Below are positions 9,619-19,600 of a stretch of DNA of 64,000 bases, piece by piece (position 1 is the first letter of the stretch; each line of letters begins with the position of its first letter). Below the pieces are notes generated by a model that did no database searches, was not told the DNA's origin, and saw only the letters and a program-made list of their open reading frames with translations. Source of the DNA: Clostridia bacterium (GTDB lineage: Bacteria > Bacillota > Clostridia > Lutisporales > Lutisporaceae); NCBI GenBank assembly GCA_029256325.1, contig JAQSYD010000024.1, positions 3,169 through 67,168 of the forward strand, read 5' to 3'. The translations under genes were made by a program, and so were the position numbers.

Positions 9619-11520
9619 ATGAAAAAGTGTATTGAAGCTTCTCATTTAAGATGTATAAACAAGGGGCTAAAGCCTGAGAATATATTCAGCACTAGAGTAT
9701 TAGAAGGCGAAGCCTTAATTCAAAAGCTTGTACAGCACAAAGACCTCATCAAGACAGCGGCTCCTTTTTTAGAGCATTTATATAACTTTGTCAGAGGTTC
9801 AGATTTTTTTGTAATACTTAATGATGCCGAAGGCTGTATCCTTAGCGTCACAGGTGATGAAAAAATATTATCAGAAGCACACAGACTCAAAATGATACCA
9901 GGAGCTTATATGGATGAAGAGAGTATTGGTACCAATGCTATGAGCATGGCAATTAGCGAAAGTGCACCTATACAAGTATCAGGGAGGGAGCATTTTATCA
10001 AGGCTTACCATAAATGGACATGCTCTGCTGCACCAATCAGGGATACCAATGGCAAGATTATTGGTATTATTGATTTAACAGGATATAGCCAAAATGTACA
10101 TTCTCACACCTTGGGAATGGTAGTGGCAGCGGCAAATGCAATCGAGCGCATGCTTGAGGTAAATAATATTAATTCAATACTAACCATTTCAAAGAAACAT
10201 ATTGAAAGTATATTTGATTCCGTATCCTCAGGTATTCTGACCTCAGATTTATCAGGCAATATTACTTCTATAAACAAACAGATTGTAAAAATGTTTGGCT
10301 ATAGTGAATTTGAGATAAAAAACATAAAGGTATGGAGTTTGATTGAAGGCTGGAATGAGGTTGTAGATAAGCTTACAGCAAGAGAAAGCTATGTTGACAA
10401 GGATGTAAATGTAAAGGCAAGAGCAAACAAAACACAATTTACGCTTACTGCCTATCCCATATATAATGCTGAAAGAGAAATTATAGAAATCATTCATATT
10501 TTCTATGAGCTCAAAAAGAGCCGAAAGCTGGCAGGTAAGATCCTTAGCGGTCAAGCAATATATACCTTTGATAAAATAATTGGAAAAAATGAAGGTTTTT
10601 TGAAAACCATCGAATATGCAATGAAAATAGCCGATAGCAGTTCCACTATTTTGATTACAGGTGAAAGCGGTACCGGCAAGGAAGTCTTTGCGCAGTCCAT
10701 TCATAACTTTAGTATCCGAAAAGAAGAGCCTTTTATTGCAGTAAATTGTGGAGCTATACCTAGAACTCTTATTGAATCTGAATTGTTCGGCTACGAAGAA
10801 GGCGCTTTTACCGGTGCAAAAAAGGGTGGCAATGCCGGTAAATTTGAACTTGCAGATGAAGGTACTATTTTTCTTGATGAAATCGGAGAGATGCCAATAG
10901 ACATGCAAATCAAGCTTCTAAGGGTCATAGAGGAAGGTGTAATCACTAGAATCGGAAGTCATCGGCAAATACCTGTCAACGTCAGAATTATTGCCGCTAC
11001 CAATAAGGATCTAAAAAACGAAGTTGAAGCCGGTAATTTTAGAAAAGATCTCTTTTATAGGCTAAATGTTCTTCCTATATATCTACCGCCTCTTAGAGAG
11101 AGATCCGATGATATACCGCTTCTTTTTGACTATTACATGGATAAGACCTCCAAGAGGCTGAATAAAAGAAGGGTGCCCATCTCAGCAGAATACATGGAAT
11201 ACCTAGAAAATCATGAATGGCAAGGTAATATCAGAGAGTTGGAAAATGTGATAGAGTTAATAGTAAATACAGAATCTATCCACCCAAACTTTCTTGGTAA
11301 AAAATCTAAAGCCAACCGTCCTGTTCAAGCGAGCGTTGCTTTAAGCTTGGAGGAAGTGGAAAAGCAGCATATAATGGCTATTTTAAATGATTCTATGGGA
11401 AATGTTACTACAGCCGCTAAAATTTTGGGCATTGGTAGAAACACGCTCTATCGAAAATTAGAAAAATACGGGATTTATTGTACCGAAACAGAACATCGTT
11501 CCAAAATAGAACATGCATAA
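9619..11520 (+). CDS. Sigma-54-dependent transcriptional activator (AcoR-like: GAF-type N-domain, PAS, AAA+, Fis-type HTH)
   Basis: Walker A GESGTGKE, an exact GAFTGA loop and a C-terminal HTH ([16 protein letters not shown]). RBS GAGGATGG lies upstream of the ATG. Confidence 0.92.
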   Translation: MKKCIEASHLRCINKGLKPENIFSTRVLEGEALIQKLVQHKDLIKTAAPFLEHLYNFVRGSDFFVILNDAEGCILSVTGDEKILSEAHRLKMIPGAYMDEESIGTNAMSMAISESAPIQVSGREHFIKAYHKWTCSAAPIRDTNGKIIGIIDLTGYSQNVHSHTLGMVVAAANAIERMLEVNNINSILTISKKHIESIFDSVSSGILTSDLSGNITSINKQIVKMFGYSEFEIKNIKVWSLIEGWNEVVDKLTARESYVDKDVNVKARANKTQFTLTAYPIYNAEREIIEIIHIFYELKKSRKLAGKILSGQAIYTFDKIIGKNEGFLKTIEYAMKIADSSSTILITGESGTGKEVFAQSIHNFSIRKEEPFIAVNCGAIPRTLIESELFGYEEGAFTGAKKGGNAGKFELADEGTIFLDEIGEMPIDMQIKLLRVIEEGVITRIGSHRQIPVNVRIIAATNKDLKNEVEAGNFRKDLFYRLNVLPIYLPPLRERSDDIPLLFDYYMDKTSKRLNKRRVPISAEYMEYLENHEWQGNIRELENVIELIVNTESIHPNFLGKKSKANRPVQASVALSLEEVEKQHIMAILNDSMGNVTTAAKILGIGRNTLYRKLEKYGIYCTETEHRSKIEHA

Positions 11521-11532
11521 TTGCACTTTATA

Positions 11533-11547
11533 GTTCCATAACGGAAC
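11533..11547. promoter_or_regulatory. Candidate enhancer (UAS) palindrome for the sigma-54 activator
   Basis: GTTCC-ATAAC-GGAAC inverted repeat ~100 bp upstream of the sigma-54 promoter. A related GAAC-ATC-GTTC lies at ~11490. Confidence 0.3.
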
Positions 11548-11641
11548 ACTCCACCAATGGTAATTGTGCTTAATATTCCCAATTTTCATGCAATCCAGTA
11601 AAATCAAGGGTTATAAGATACCCCCAATGTTTTTTATGATT

Positions 11642-11657
11642 TGGCACAGATGTTGCT
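11642..11657 (+). promoter_or_regulatory. Sigma-54 (-24/-12) promoter of the AOR operon
   Basis: TGGCAC-AGATG-TTGCT matches TGGCAC-N5-TTGC, 43 nt upstream of the AOR ATG and directly downstream of the EBP gene. Confidence 0.85.
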
Positions 11658-11699
11658 TTATATTAAAGTGAATCATAAAATTACTAAGGGGGTTTTTAC

Positions 11700-13496
11700 A
11701 TGTCAGGCTATATAGGAAAAGTATTAAGAATCAATCTTAAGCTAAAAAGCATTAAGGTAGAAGAACTTGATATCGAAAAAGCGAAAAAGTTTATAGGTGG
11801 CAGAGGTCTTGGTACAAAGCTATTTATGGACGAGGTAGATCCTAAAGTAGATGCTTTAAGTCCCGAAAACAAACTGTTTATCGTCGCAGGTCCCCTAACT
11901 GGAACCAGCGTACCAACCGGCGGAAGATATATGGTAGTAACCAAATCGCCATTATCAGGTACAATAGCAAGTTCAAACTCTGGTGGTCACTGGGGTGCAG
12001 AGCTAAAGGCAGCAGGCTATGACGTAATCATCATAGAGGATAAAGCCGATGAGCCTGTTTATATTACAATAGAAGATGACAAGGTTGAAATAAAAGAAGC
12101 CTCAAGACTTTGGGGCAAGCTGGTAACAGAGGTTACAAACGAGATAAAGGCTGAAATGCCTGATAAAGCGAAAATATTGACCATAGGTCCGGCGGGAGAG
12201 CAATTATCTAAAATGGCTGCCATCATGAATGATTACGATAGAGCAGCTGGTCGTTCTGGCGTTGGTGCAGTTATGGGATCTAAGAATCTTAAAGCCATTG
12301 CTGTTAAAGGAAGCGGTAAGACACCTATATTTGATGAGGCTAAGCTAAAAGAAGCCAATACCGGATTCATGAAGCAGATTAGAGAGCACGGCGTTACCGG
12401 AACAGGCTTGCCAACCTATGGCACAGCCGTACTTGTAAATATCATCAATGAAAATGGTGTATTGCCGACAAATAACTTCCAAACATCTCATTTTGAAGCA
12501 GCTGATGACATCAGCGGTGAAACGATGACCAATGAATATTTATTAAGAAAAAATCCATGCTACAGATGCCCTATCGCTTGTGGCAGGTGGGTTAAGATTG
12601 AAGATATGGGACTGGAAGTTGGTGGGCCTGAATACGAAACCCTTTGGGCTTTCGGTTCTGATTGCGGAATATCCGATATCGTTTCTATATTCAAAGCAAA
12701 CTATTGGTGCAATGAATATGGTTTAGACACCATATCTGTTGGCTCTACAATTGCAGCGGCCATGGAGCTTTATGAGAAGGGTTATATAAAGGACGATGAA
12801 CTTGATGGTACCTCCCTTGCTTTTGGAAATCCTGATGCAACCATTGAGTGGACTCAAAAAATAGGTAAAAAAGAAGGCTTGGGTGCAAAAATGGCGGAAG
12901 GCTCCTACCGACTTTGTGAGATGTACGGAGTTCCTGAATTATCTATGTCCGTTAAGAAGCTTGAGCTTCCTGCATATGACCCAAGAGGCATTCAAGGTCA
13001 CGGTCTTCAATATGCGACATCTAACAGAGGGGGCTGCCATGTAAGAGGCTACATGATTTCTCCTGAAATATTGGGTGTACCTGAAAAGCTTGATCGGTTT
13101 ACCCTAGAGGGCAAAGCAGCGTGGGTTAAGACATTCCAGGATCTTACAGCTGTTATCGATTCGCTGGGTTTATGCTTATTTACTTCCTTTGCAATGAATG
13201 CAGCAGACTATACAAAAGCATACAATGCTGTTTGTGGTACCGAACATACTGTTGAATCCTTGCTGGAAGCAGGAGAAAGAATTTACGCCCTTGAAAGGTT
13301 ATTTAATTTACAGGCAGGCATTGATCCGGCGCAGGATACATTGCCTAAGAGATTGCTGGAGGATCCTATCCCTGAAGGTCCTTCAAAAGGAAATGTACAC
13401 AGATTATCAGAGCTTCTTCCGGAGTACTACACCCTAAGAGGCTGGGGAGAAAATGGAATTCCTGAGTCTGATCGATTATCAAAGCTAGGATTATAA
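11700..13496 (+). CDS. aor: Aldehyde:ferredoxin oxidoreductase (tungsto/molybdopterin AOR family)
   Basis: 598 aa with the typical AOR N-terminus (GKVLRINL...GGRGLGTKL) and the conserved central and C-terminal region (CYRCPIACGR, GLCLF). A strong RBS is present. Confidence 0.92.
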   Translation: MSGYIGKVLRINLKLKSIKVEELDIEKAKKFIGGRGLGTKLFMDEVDPKVDALSPENKLFIVAGPLTGTSVPTGGRYMVVTKSPLSGTIASSNSGGHWGAELKAAGYDVIIIEDKADEPVYITIEDDKVEIKEASRLWGKLVTEVTNEIKAEMPDKAKILTIGPAGEQLSKMAAIMNDYDRAAGRSGVGAVMGSKNLKAIAVKGSGKTPIFDEAKLKEANTGFMKQIREHGVTGTGLPTYGTAVLVNIINENGVLPTNNFQTSHFEAADDISGETMTNEYLLRKNPCYRCPIACGRWVKIEDMGLEVGGPEYETLWAFGSDCGISDIVSIFKANYWCNEYGLDTISVGSTIAAAMELYEKGYIKDDELDGTSLAFGNPDATIEWTQKIGKKEGLGAKMAEGSYRLCEMYGVPELSMSVKKLELPAYDPRGIQGHGLQYATSNRGGCHVRGYMISPEILGVPEKLDRFTLEGKAAWVKTFQDLTAVIDSLGLCLFTSFAMNAADYTKAYNAVCGTEHTVESLLEAGERIYALERLFNLQAGIDPAQDTLPKRLLEDPIPEGPSKGNVHRLSELLPEYYTLRGWGENGIPESDRLSKLGL

Positions 13497-13499
13497 TGA

Positions 13500-13525
13500 T
13501 TACCCCTGGGCTTGCCCAGGGGTAA
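13500..13525 (+). other. Intercistronic GC-rich stem-loop between aor and the MoaD-like gene
   Basis: Perfect 11-bp stem ttacccctggg / cccaggggtaa with a cttg tetraloop, 4 nt after the aor stop, followed by UUCUUC. Confidence 0.6.
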
Positions 13526-13553
13526 TTCTTCACACCATATCGGAGGTGATATT

Positions 13554-13778
13554 ATGAAAATTACTGTTAGACTATTTGCTACCTTTAGAGACGGCAGACA
13601 AAAGGTACTGGAGTTGAACTTACCTGATCCTGCTACACCGCAAGGTGTGATTGACAAGCTTGGCATTGACCAAGCAGAAGTAGCAATATTATTAATCAAT
13701 GGAAGAGATGGTAAGTTAGATACAATACTGATGGAGAATGACACCATATCACTTTTTCCACCTGTAGGAGGTGGCTAA
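13554..13778 (+). CDS. MoaD/ThiS-family sulfur-carrier protein
   Basis: 74 aa ending in ...PPVGGG (C-terminal Gly-Gly). The ATG at 13554 is preceded by GGAGGTG; the ORF-track start at 13512 has no RBS. Confidence 0.85.
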   Translation: MKITVRLFATFRDGRQKVLELNLPDPATPQGVIDKLGIDQAEVAILLINGRDGKLDTILMENDTISLFPPVGGG

Positions 13779-13779
13779 A

Positions 13780-14460
13780 ATGTTACCCAGATACGCTAGA
13801 AATATAGCCACTCTATCCATAGAAGAAAATGAAAGTTTATCCCAAAGAAGGGTATGCGTAATAGGCTGCGGCGGACTAGGCGGATATGTAATAGAAATGC
13901 TGGGCCGATTGGGCATAGGTCATATTACCGCTGTTGACGGTGATGTATTTGATGAATCAAATCTAAACAGGCAGATTTTATCAGATATAGAGGTATTGGG
14001 TGTAAAAAAAGCAATCATAGCACAGCAAAGAATGTCAAAGGTGAATCCTTTGATTAAGATAGATGCCATTACGGAAAGGCTCACACAAGCAAACGGAAAA
14101 CAAATCATAAGCGGTGCAGATGTTATTGTAGATGCTTTGGATAATATTGAATCCCGGCTGATTCTGGAAGCGCTCTGTGAGGAGCTGAATATTCCTCTGG
14201 TCCATGGAGCTATAGCTGGCTGGTACGGACAGGTTTCTACCATATTACCAGGAGATAAGCTTCTCAGCCGCTTCTATGCAAAAGAAAACCTGCAAGGTGC
14301 AGAAAAGAAATATGGCAATCCATCCTTTACACCTGCCATGGTAGCATCCATAGAGGTAAGCGAAGTGCTGAAGCTGCTTATTGGCAGAGGCGAGCTGTTA
14401 AATAAAAAAGTCCTGTTGATTGATTTATTAAGACAAGAATATGAAGTAATCGATTTTTAG
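13780..14460 (+). CDS. ThiF/MoeB/HesA-family adenylyltransferase (E1-like)
   Basis: Nucleotide-binding motif VIGCGGLGG followed by DGDVFDESNLNRQ. The ATG at 13780 sits right after the MoaD stop with GGAGGTGG upstream; an alternative GTG lies at 13771. Confidence 0.88.
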   Translation: MLPRYARNIATLSIEENESLSQRRVCVIGCGGLGGYVIEMLGRLGIGHITAVDGDVFDESNLNRQILSDIEVLGVKKAIIAQQRMSKVNPLIKIDAITERLTQANGKQIISGADVIVDALDNIESRLILEALCEELNIPLVHGAIAGWYGQVSTILPGDKLLSRFYAKENLQGAEKKYGNPSFTPAMVASIEVSEVLKLLIGRGELLNKKVLLIDLLRQEYEVIDF

Positions 14461-14467
14461 CTTGTTT

Positions 14468-14552
14468 AAAACCTGATAACTGTGGTGCCTGTCACAGATC
14501 TACCTCTGATGTGCTAGCACACAGAGGTAGATTCATAGTTATCAGGTTTTGA
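14468..14552. repeat. REP-like palindromic element, copy 4, nested in a long inverted repeat between convergent genes
   Basis: aaaacctgataactgtggtgcctgtcaca, then inner hairpin atctacctctg/cagaggtagat, then agttatcaggtttt. It probably also acts as a bidirectional terminator. Confidence 0.7.
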
Positions 14553-16233
14553 TATATTCAAATATTGATTCCGCATTTGACAGCTTCATGATATTTTTAA
14601 CATGCTGCTCCATATCTCTTTTGTTTAAACCATTGATAAGCTTTCTTATTTTCAGTACCTGCGGAGGACTGACGCTTAACTCATCCAAGCCCATCCCTAC
14701 AAATATGGGTACCAGCAATTCATCTTGTGCCGCTTCTCCGCACATACCGATCCAAATACCTGCCCGCTTGGCATTATCTGCTACAAGCTTGATCAGTCTC
14801 AACACCGCGGGATGATAAGGTGTATATAAATGAGATATCTTGCTGTTCATTCTATCTACTGCCAAGGTATATTGTGTAAGATCATTGGTACCAATGCTGA
14901 AGAAGTCAACCTCCTCCGCCAGCTTATCAGAAATAATCGCTGCCGAAGGAGTTTCTATCATAATGCCCAGTTCTATATTTTTATTATAATTAAGCTGCCT
15001 GTTATCCAACTCTCCCATGGATCTTTGAAGTTCAAGCCTGGCTTCTTTTACTTCATCCACTCCACTAATCATAGGCAGCATGATTTTTATATTGCCAAAT
15101 GCGCTAGCTCTAAGCATTGCCCTAAGCTGAATGCGAAATATTTCCCGCTCCTCCAGGCAGTAGCGTATGGCCCTATATCCTAAAAACGGATTGTCTTCCT
15201 TGGGAAAATTCATATAAGCCAGCTGTTTGTCACCACCTATATCCAAGGTTCGTATGATGACCGGCTTGCCTGCCATTGCTTCTGCAGCAGCCTTATAAGC
15301 AACGAACTGCTCTTCTTCTGTAGGCATGGCGCTCCTATCCATATAAAGGAACTCACTTCTGAAAAGTCCGATGCCTTCTCCATCATTTTTTAAGACTGCT
15401 TCCAGATCCTTAGGCGATCCAATATTGCAGCCTACACTTATTTCAATGCCATCAGCTGTCGATGTCTTAACCCCGATATAGCTTTGCAAAGCTTGCTGCT
15501 GTTCCTGTTGAAGATTCTTTTCATCTTCAAAACGCTGCAGTATTTCAGCTTCAGGATTTATATAAAACTCTCCTGTTCCACCGTTCATGATGAGAACATC
15601 ATCATGCTTTGCAGCATTCAAAAGTCCCACTGCTCCCACAATAGCCGGCAGCCCCATCACACGGGACATAATAGCAGTATGAGAGGTTGCACCTCCTGTT
15701 TCAGTAATGATTCCTAAAACCTTATCCGAAGAAATTCTTGACATATCAGAAGGTGTCAGCTCTTCAGCAATAATTATTGCAGGCTCTATGACGCTGCTTA
15801 AGTCAAAGCCCTTCAGGCCCAATATGTTTTCAATCAGTCGCATTGAAACATCTCGCAGATCTAGAACGCGTTCCTTGATGTAATCGTCCTCTATGTCTTG
15901 AAAAAGCTGTGCCAGTTCATCAGCAGCTTCTCTGACCGCCCAAGAAGCACACACGCCATCAGTTTTGATTTTATCCACTATCTTGTCCACCAAATCCGGA
16001 TCCTCTAGTATCATAGCATGAGCTTCAAAGATCAGTGCTTCATCAACACCTATTTTGCTTTCTGTTATTTTTTTTATTTCATCTAACTGCTCCTTGGACT
16101 TTTCAATGGCTTGAAAAAGCTTTGCTAACTCAGCCTCTGAATTTTCCGCCATCATTTTTTCTATCTTTATCCGGGCAGTCTTTACATAGGCCTTTGCAAT
16201 GGCAATACCTGGCGATGCTCCTAACCCCTTCAT
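14542..16233 (-). CDS. ptsI: Phosphoenolpyruvate-protein phosphotransferase (PTS Enzyme I)
   Basis: 563 aa with the N-terminal GASPGIAIAKAY, the phospho-His region GGATSHTAIMSR and a C-terminal PEP-utilising domain. Confidence 0.95.
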   Translation of the reverse strand: MKGLGASPGIAIAKAYVKTARIKIEKMMAENSEAELAKLFQAIEKSKEQLDEIKKITESKIGVDEALIFEAHAMILEDPDLVDKIVDKIKTDGVCASWAVREAADELAQLFQDIEDDYIKERVLDLRDVSMRLIENILGLKGFDLSSVIEPAIIIAEELTPSDMSRISSDKVLGIITETGGATSHTAIMSRVMGLPAIVGAVGLLNAAKHDDVLIMNGGTGEFYINPEAEILQRFEDEKNLQQEQQQALQSYIGVKTSTADGIEISVGCNIGSPKDLEAVLKNDGEGIGLFRSEFLYMDRSAMPTEEEQFVAYKAAAEAMAGKPVIIRTLDIGGDKQLAYMNFPKEDNPFLGYRAIRYCLEEREIFRIQLRAMLRASAFGNIKIMLPMISGVDEVKEARLELQRSMGELDNRQLNYNKNIELGIMIETPSAAIISDKLAEEVDFFSIGTNDLTQYTLAVDRMNSKISHLYTPYHPAVLRLIKLVADNAKRAGIWIGMCGEAAQDELLVPIFVGMGLDELSVSPPQVLKIRKLINGLNKRDMEQHVKNIMKLSNAESIFEYIKT

Positions 16234-16253
16234 TGGAATCCCCCTTTACAGTA

Positions 16254-16955
16254 CTATAATTTACAAGCTGCTTTCTCATCAAGCAGCACGACTACATCGG
16301 GATGCAGCTGCAATACCGATGCTGGCAGCTCAGGTGTAATTTTTCCATTTATCATACTGTTGATGGTTTCAGCCTTTTCCTCACCACTGGCGAGAAGGAT
16401 GATTTTTCTTGAATGCATAATGGTCTTTATCCCCATGCTTATGGCTTTGCGAGGCACTTCATCTAAGGCAGTAAAAAAACGAGAATTGGCTTCGATTGTA
16501 TCCTCATCTAAAAACTTCACATCCGGCTCATTAAAGCCTATATGCCCATTTCTTCCTATTCCCAACAGCTGCAGGTCTATACCTCCTGCTTGTTTTATTT
16601 TATTCTCATACTCAATACATTCAAGCTCTATGTCTTTTGCTCTTCCATTGGGTATATGAATATTGTGCTTGTTTATATTAACATGCTTGAACAAATTCTC
16701 CATCATGAAGTAGTAATAGCTCTGAGGATTTTCTTTGTCCAGACCATAGTATTCATCAAGATTAAAAGTAACTACCTCTGTAAAATTTATATCTCCTTCT
16801 TTGTATATGCGAACCAGATCATTATATGCGCCCACCGGCGTTGAACCAGTGGCCAGACCTAGTACGCTATTAGGCTTTAGGGTAATTTGACTGGCTAGTA
16901 GATTAGCAGTTTTTTTACTTAATTCATCATAATCCTTCGCTATTATAATACGCAT
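16254..16955 (-). CDS. nagB: Glucosamine-6-phosphate deaminase
   Basis: 233 aa with MRIII...GLATGSTP and LGIGRNGHIGFNEP motifs. Confidence 0.93.
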   Translation of the reverse strand: MRIIIAKDYDELSKKTANLLASQITLKPNSVLGLATGSTPVGAYNDLVRIYKEGDINFTEVVTFNLDEYYGLDKENPQSYYYFMMENLFKHVNINKHNIHIPNGRAKDIELECIEYENKIKQAGGIDLQLLGIGRNGHIGFNEPDVKFLDEDTIEANSRFFTALDEVPRKAISMGIKTIMHSRKIILLASGEEKAETINSMINGKITPELPASVLQLHPDVVVLLDEKAACKL

Positions 16956-16979
16956 TTCATACCTCCTGCAGCTTCATAT

Positions 16980-17015
16980 CCTGATTCTGTGGTGCCTGGC
17001 ACCATCAAGACAGGA
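16980..17015. repeat. REP-like palindromic element, copy 5 (intercistronic nagA-nagB)
   Basis: cctgattctgtggtgcctggcaccatcaagacagg; it overlaps the last codons of nagA. Confidence 0.7.
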
Positions 17016-18138
17016 TTCGCTTTCCTTCAATAAAAGTTGCCTGAATATCTATATTTTCATCAAAAATGATAATATCCGCTTTTTTACCTGCCTCGATGCT
17101 TCCCAGCTCATTATCTAGACCTAATAACTTGGCTGGATTTATCGTCACTGTTCTGATTACTTGATGAAGGGATAAATCAGTGTTTTCCCACAGATTTTTT
17201 ACTGCCTCGTTCAGTCGCAGTACACTGCCAGCCAATGTGCCGTCCGAAAGCCTTGCTGCTCCTTGCTCTACAGTTACCTGCTGCCCTCCTAAGCTATAAA
17301 CACCATGTTTCATACAGGCTGCCCTCATAGCGTCCGTAATAAGTATCAGCTTATCGCAGGTCTTTGTATTCAGCAAAAGCTTGAACATTGCGGGATGCAC
17401 ATGTATTTTATCCGCAATCAGCTCGCAGTATATATTACTGTTCAGCACCGCAGCTGCCACCCCTGGTTCGCGATGGTTCAAGGCGCTCATGGCATTAAAA
17501 ATATGAGTGGCACTTTCGATGCCTGCTTCTATTGCATCCATAGCTTCCTCATAGGTAGCATTTGAATGACCTATGGAAAAGCGAATAGGACTATGCTGGT
17601 GCATAACCCTTATAAAGTCCATATTACCCTCAATTTCAGGGGCGATGGTTATGATTTTGATGATATCCAAATAGTCTTTAATAAGTTCATAATCAGCCTT
17701 CATAATATGTTCTTCGGCATGAGCACCCTTGCGCAAGGCATTAATAAAGGGTCCTTCCAAATGAGCGCCCAATATTTTGGCTCCGCTTACCTTTGCATGA
17801 GCCTCTCTGCGAATATTATCCAAGGCTTTTTTTATACTTTCCTTATCTAAGGATATGGTTGTGGGTAAAAATCCTGTTACTCCATATCGACACAGTCCTT
17901 TGCGAATGGTTTCTATGGCCTCTTGCTCCCCATCCATGGCATCACAGTCAAAGGCACCATGAATGTGAATGTCTATAAAGCCTGGAGAAACATAACTATT
18001 TTTCGCATCTATCACTTCCGCGTCGTACATGCCATCCACATCATCACATATGGCTGTTATTTTATCATCAAATATCAATACCTTATTTTCAATTACCTGA
18101 TCCCTTGTAATGATCTTTCCATTCACAATTGCTTTCAT
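17005..18138 (-). CDS. nagA: N-acetylglucosamine-6-phosphate deacetylase
   Basis: 377 aa with amidohydrolase motifs (PGFIDIHIHG, HLEGPF, ATHIFNAMS, ITDAM). Confidence 0.93.
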   Translation of the reverse strand: MKAIVNGKIITRDQVIENKVLIFDDKITAICDDVDGMYDAEVIDAKNSYVSPGFIDIHIHGAFDCDAMDGEQEAIETIRKGLCRYGVTGFLPTTISLDKESIKKALDNIRREAHAKVSGAKILGAHLEGPFINALRKGAHAEEHIMKADYELIKDYLDIIKIITIAPEIEGNMDFIRVMHQHSPIRFSIGHSNATYEEAMDAIEAGIESATHIFNAMSALNHREPGVAAAVLNSNIYCELIADKIHVHPAMFKLLLNTKTCDKLILITDAMRAACMKHGVYSLGGQQVTVEQGAARLSDGTLAGSVLRLNEAVKNLWENTDLSLHQVIRTVTINPAKLLGLDNELGSIEAGKKADIIIFDENIDIQATFIEGKRILS

Positions 18139-18141
18139 ACT

Positions 18142-19239
18142 TTAATCACATCCCATTGCCTCTTTTAGCTTAAACTTCTGCCAGGGTTGAATATGGTCTA
18201 AAAGGAAAACCTCCTCTGGTACAATCCTTCCTACCACATTGGTTTTTCCGCTGTTTTCCATATCCTTCAATGCAATCTGAAGCTCTCCTGCATATCTTTC
18301 GTACAAGGAGCTTTCAATGAGTATATCTCCTCTTTTTATTGGTTTGGAATGATACAATGGAAAATCGCAGCCCTTATATTTTACCCGACTCTGAGTAGAA
18401 CGAATCATGTACTCGGATACATCTCCCCTGTTGAAGTGAAGCTCTTCTAATATAATTTTACTATATATATCCGGCGTATTGTCTACTAATTCCAAATTTA
18501 AAGTTAAAATATTCCTGTCCAATCTGCCTAAGCATTCCAGCTCTTCCTCCGAGGCGAAGGCATTGGCAATAATAACATCATCTACAAGCGCTGTATTGAA
18601 TAAGTCCTTGACCTGAACCTCAATGGGTAGATTTCTGTGCTCTTCCATGGTGCATAAGCCTTCGCTGATAGGCCAAGGGCCAAACTCTGCCCTACGGGAA
18701 GATACAAAAGCAGCTGTTCTTATGCCATGTTCTTTAAATTGCTTAGAGCATCTCAAAAAGTGCTCTCTAGAAAGACCTGTATAACGATGTGGATAAAAAT
18801 TATGACAGCCTATCAGATTATCCTTATTAGGCTGAAAGGATATGATGTTATCCAAGTATTTAGTACCACTGCTCATATTAATTTCTATCTTTAGATTGTA
18901 AGGATTTTGAGTCATGATGCTTTCTTCCATACCGCCATAGCCTTCATCCAGCCTTACGCCGGACAGCTGCAGCCTATGAAAAAAACTCAAGTCGCCATAG
19001 CTGATGCCTAGCTCTTTAAAAACCATAGGGCTGACATCAGCAATAACCTCCATGCCAAGCTTATTTGCATGAGAGGTTATTGCACCAAAATCACTGATTA
19101 TTTTTTCTTTTTCTCCGGCAACAGATATTAAACATGTGAAGACTCTTGAAAAACCGTATTTTGCAGCCAAGTCAAGATACTCTATCCAGGCTTTTGTGGA
19201 TGCTCTTTCCGGATATATTGATATTCCTAGTTTTCTCAT
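18142..19239 (-). CDS. DUF871 / MupG-like 6-phospho-N-acetylmuramidase-family protein
   Basis: N-terminus MRKLGISIYPE...YLDLAAKYGFSRVFTCL is characteristic of DUF871. The gene sits in a PTS/amino-sugar context. Confidence 0.75.
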   Translation of the reverse strand: MRKLGISIYPERASTKAWIEYLDLAAKYGFSRVFTCLISVAGEKEKIISDFGAITSHANKLGMEVIADVSPMVFKELGISYGDLSFFHRLQLSGVRLDEGYGGMEESIMTQNPYNLKIEINMSSGTKYLDNIISFQPNKDNLIGCHNFYPHRYTGLSREHFLRCSKQFKEHGIRTAAFVSSRRAEFGPWPISEGLCTMEEHRNLPIEVQVKDLFNTALVDDVIIANAFASEEELECLGRLDRNILTLNLELVDNTPDIYSKIILEELHFNRGDVSEYMIRSTQSRVKYKGCDFPLYHSKPIKRGDILIESSLYERYAGELQIALKDMENSGKTNVVGRIVPEEVFLLDHIQPWQKFKLKEAMGCD

Positions 19240-19265
19240 AGTGTCACCTCAACGAGTACTTATTT

Positions 19266-19583
19266 TCATTGCTGATTGCTCTTCATGGTTTTATACAGGT
19301 CTATGAACTCTCCTGCCAAATCCCTCATAGTTATTGTATTCATAAGGTGATCCTGTGCATGAATCATGAGCAAGGTCAACTTTGTTTCATTACCTTGTAC
19401 TTCCGACTGTATAAGAGAGGTTTGACATTCATGGGCCAAACCCAGCTTGCTGTTTGCATCATCAATACATTTATCGGCTTTTTCAAATTCTCCTTTTTTT
19501 GCATAGCCTATTGCTTCCATGCATGAGCTTTTGGCTTCTCCGCTGTGTGCGATTATTGTAAAAATCATCATCTCATAATCCAT
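19266..19583 (-). CDS. PTS lactose/cellobiose-family EIIA component
   Basis: 105-aa helical protein with the IIA-Lac pattern (IIAHSGEAKS...HAQDHLM). Confidence 0.88.
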   Translation of the reverse strand: MDYEMMIFTIIAHSGEAKSSCMEAIGYAKKGEFEKADKCIDDANSKLGLAHECQTSLIQSEVQGNETKLTLLMIHAQDHLMNTITMRDLAGEFIDLYKTMKSNQQ

Positions 19584-19600
19584 ATTTCTAACTCCCTTTC

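Noticed and set aside
10252-10908. 218-aa ORF antisense to the sigma-54 activator gene
   Set aside because: It lies entirely inside a well-supported CDS on the other strand. It has a low-complexity Phe/Ile/Cys-rich composition typical of AT-rich antisense frames, no RBS and no recognisable motif.
13554-14460. The MoaD-like plus ThiF-like pair as a bacterial ubiquitin-like conjugation or anti-phage module
   Set aside because: No E2-like, JAB/DUB or effector gene is present. The pair is co-transcribed with a pterin-dependent AOR, which fits cofactor sulfur transfer.
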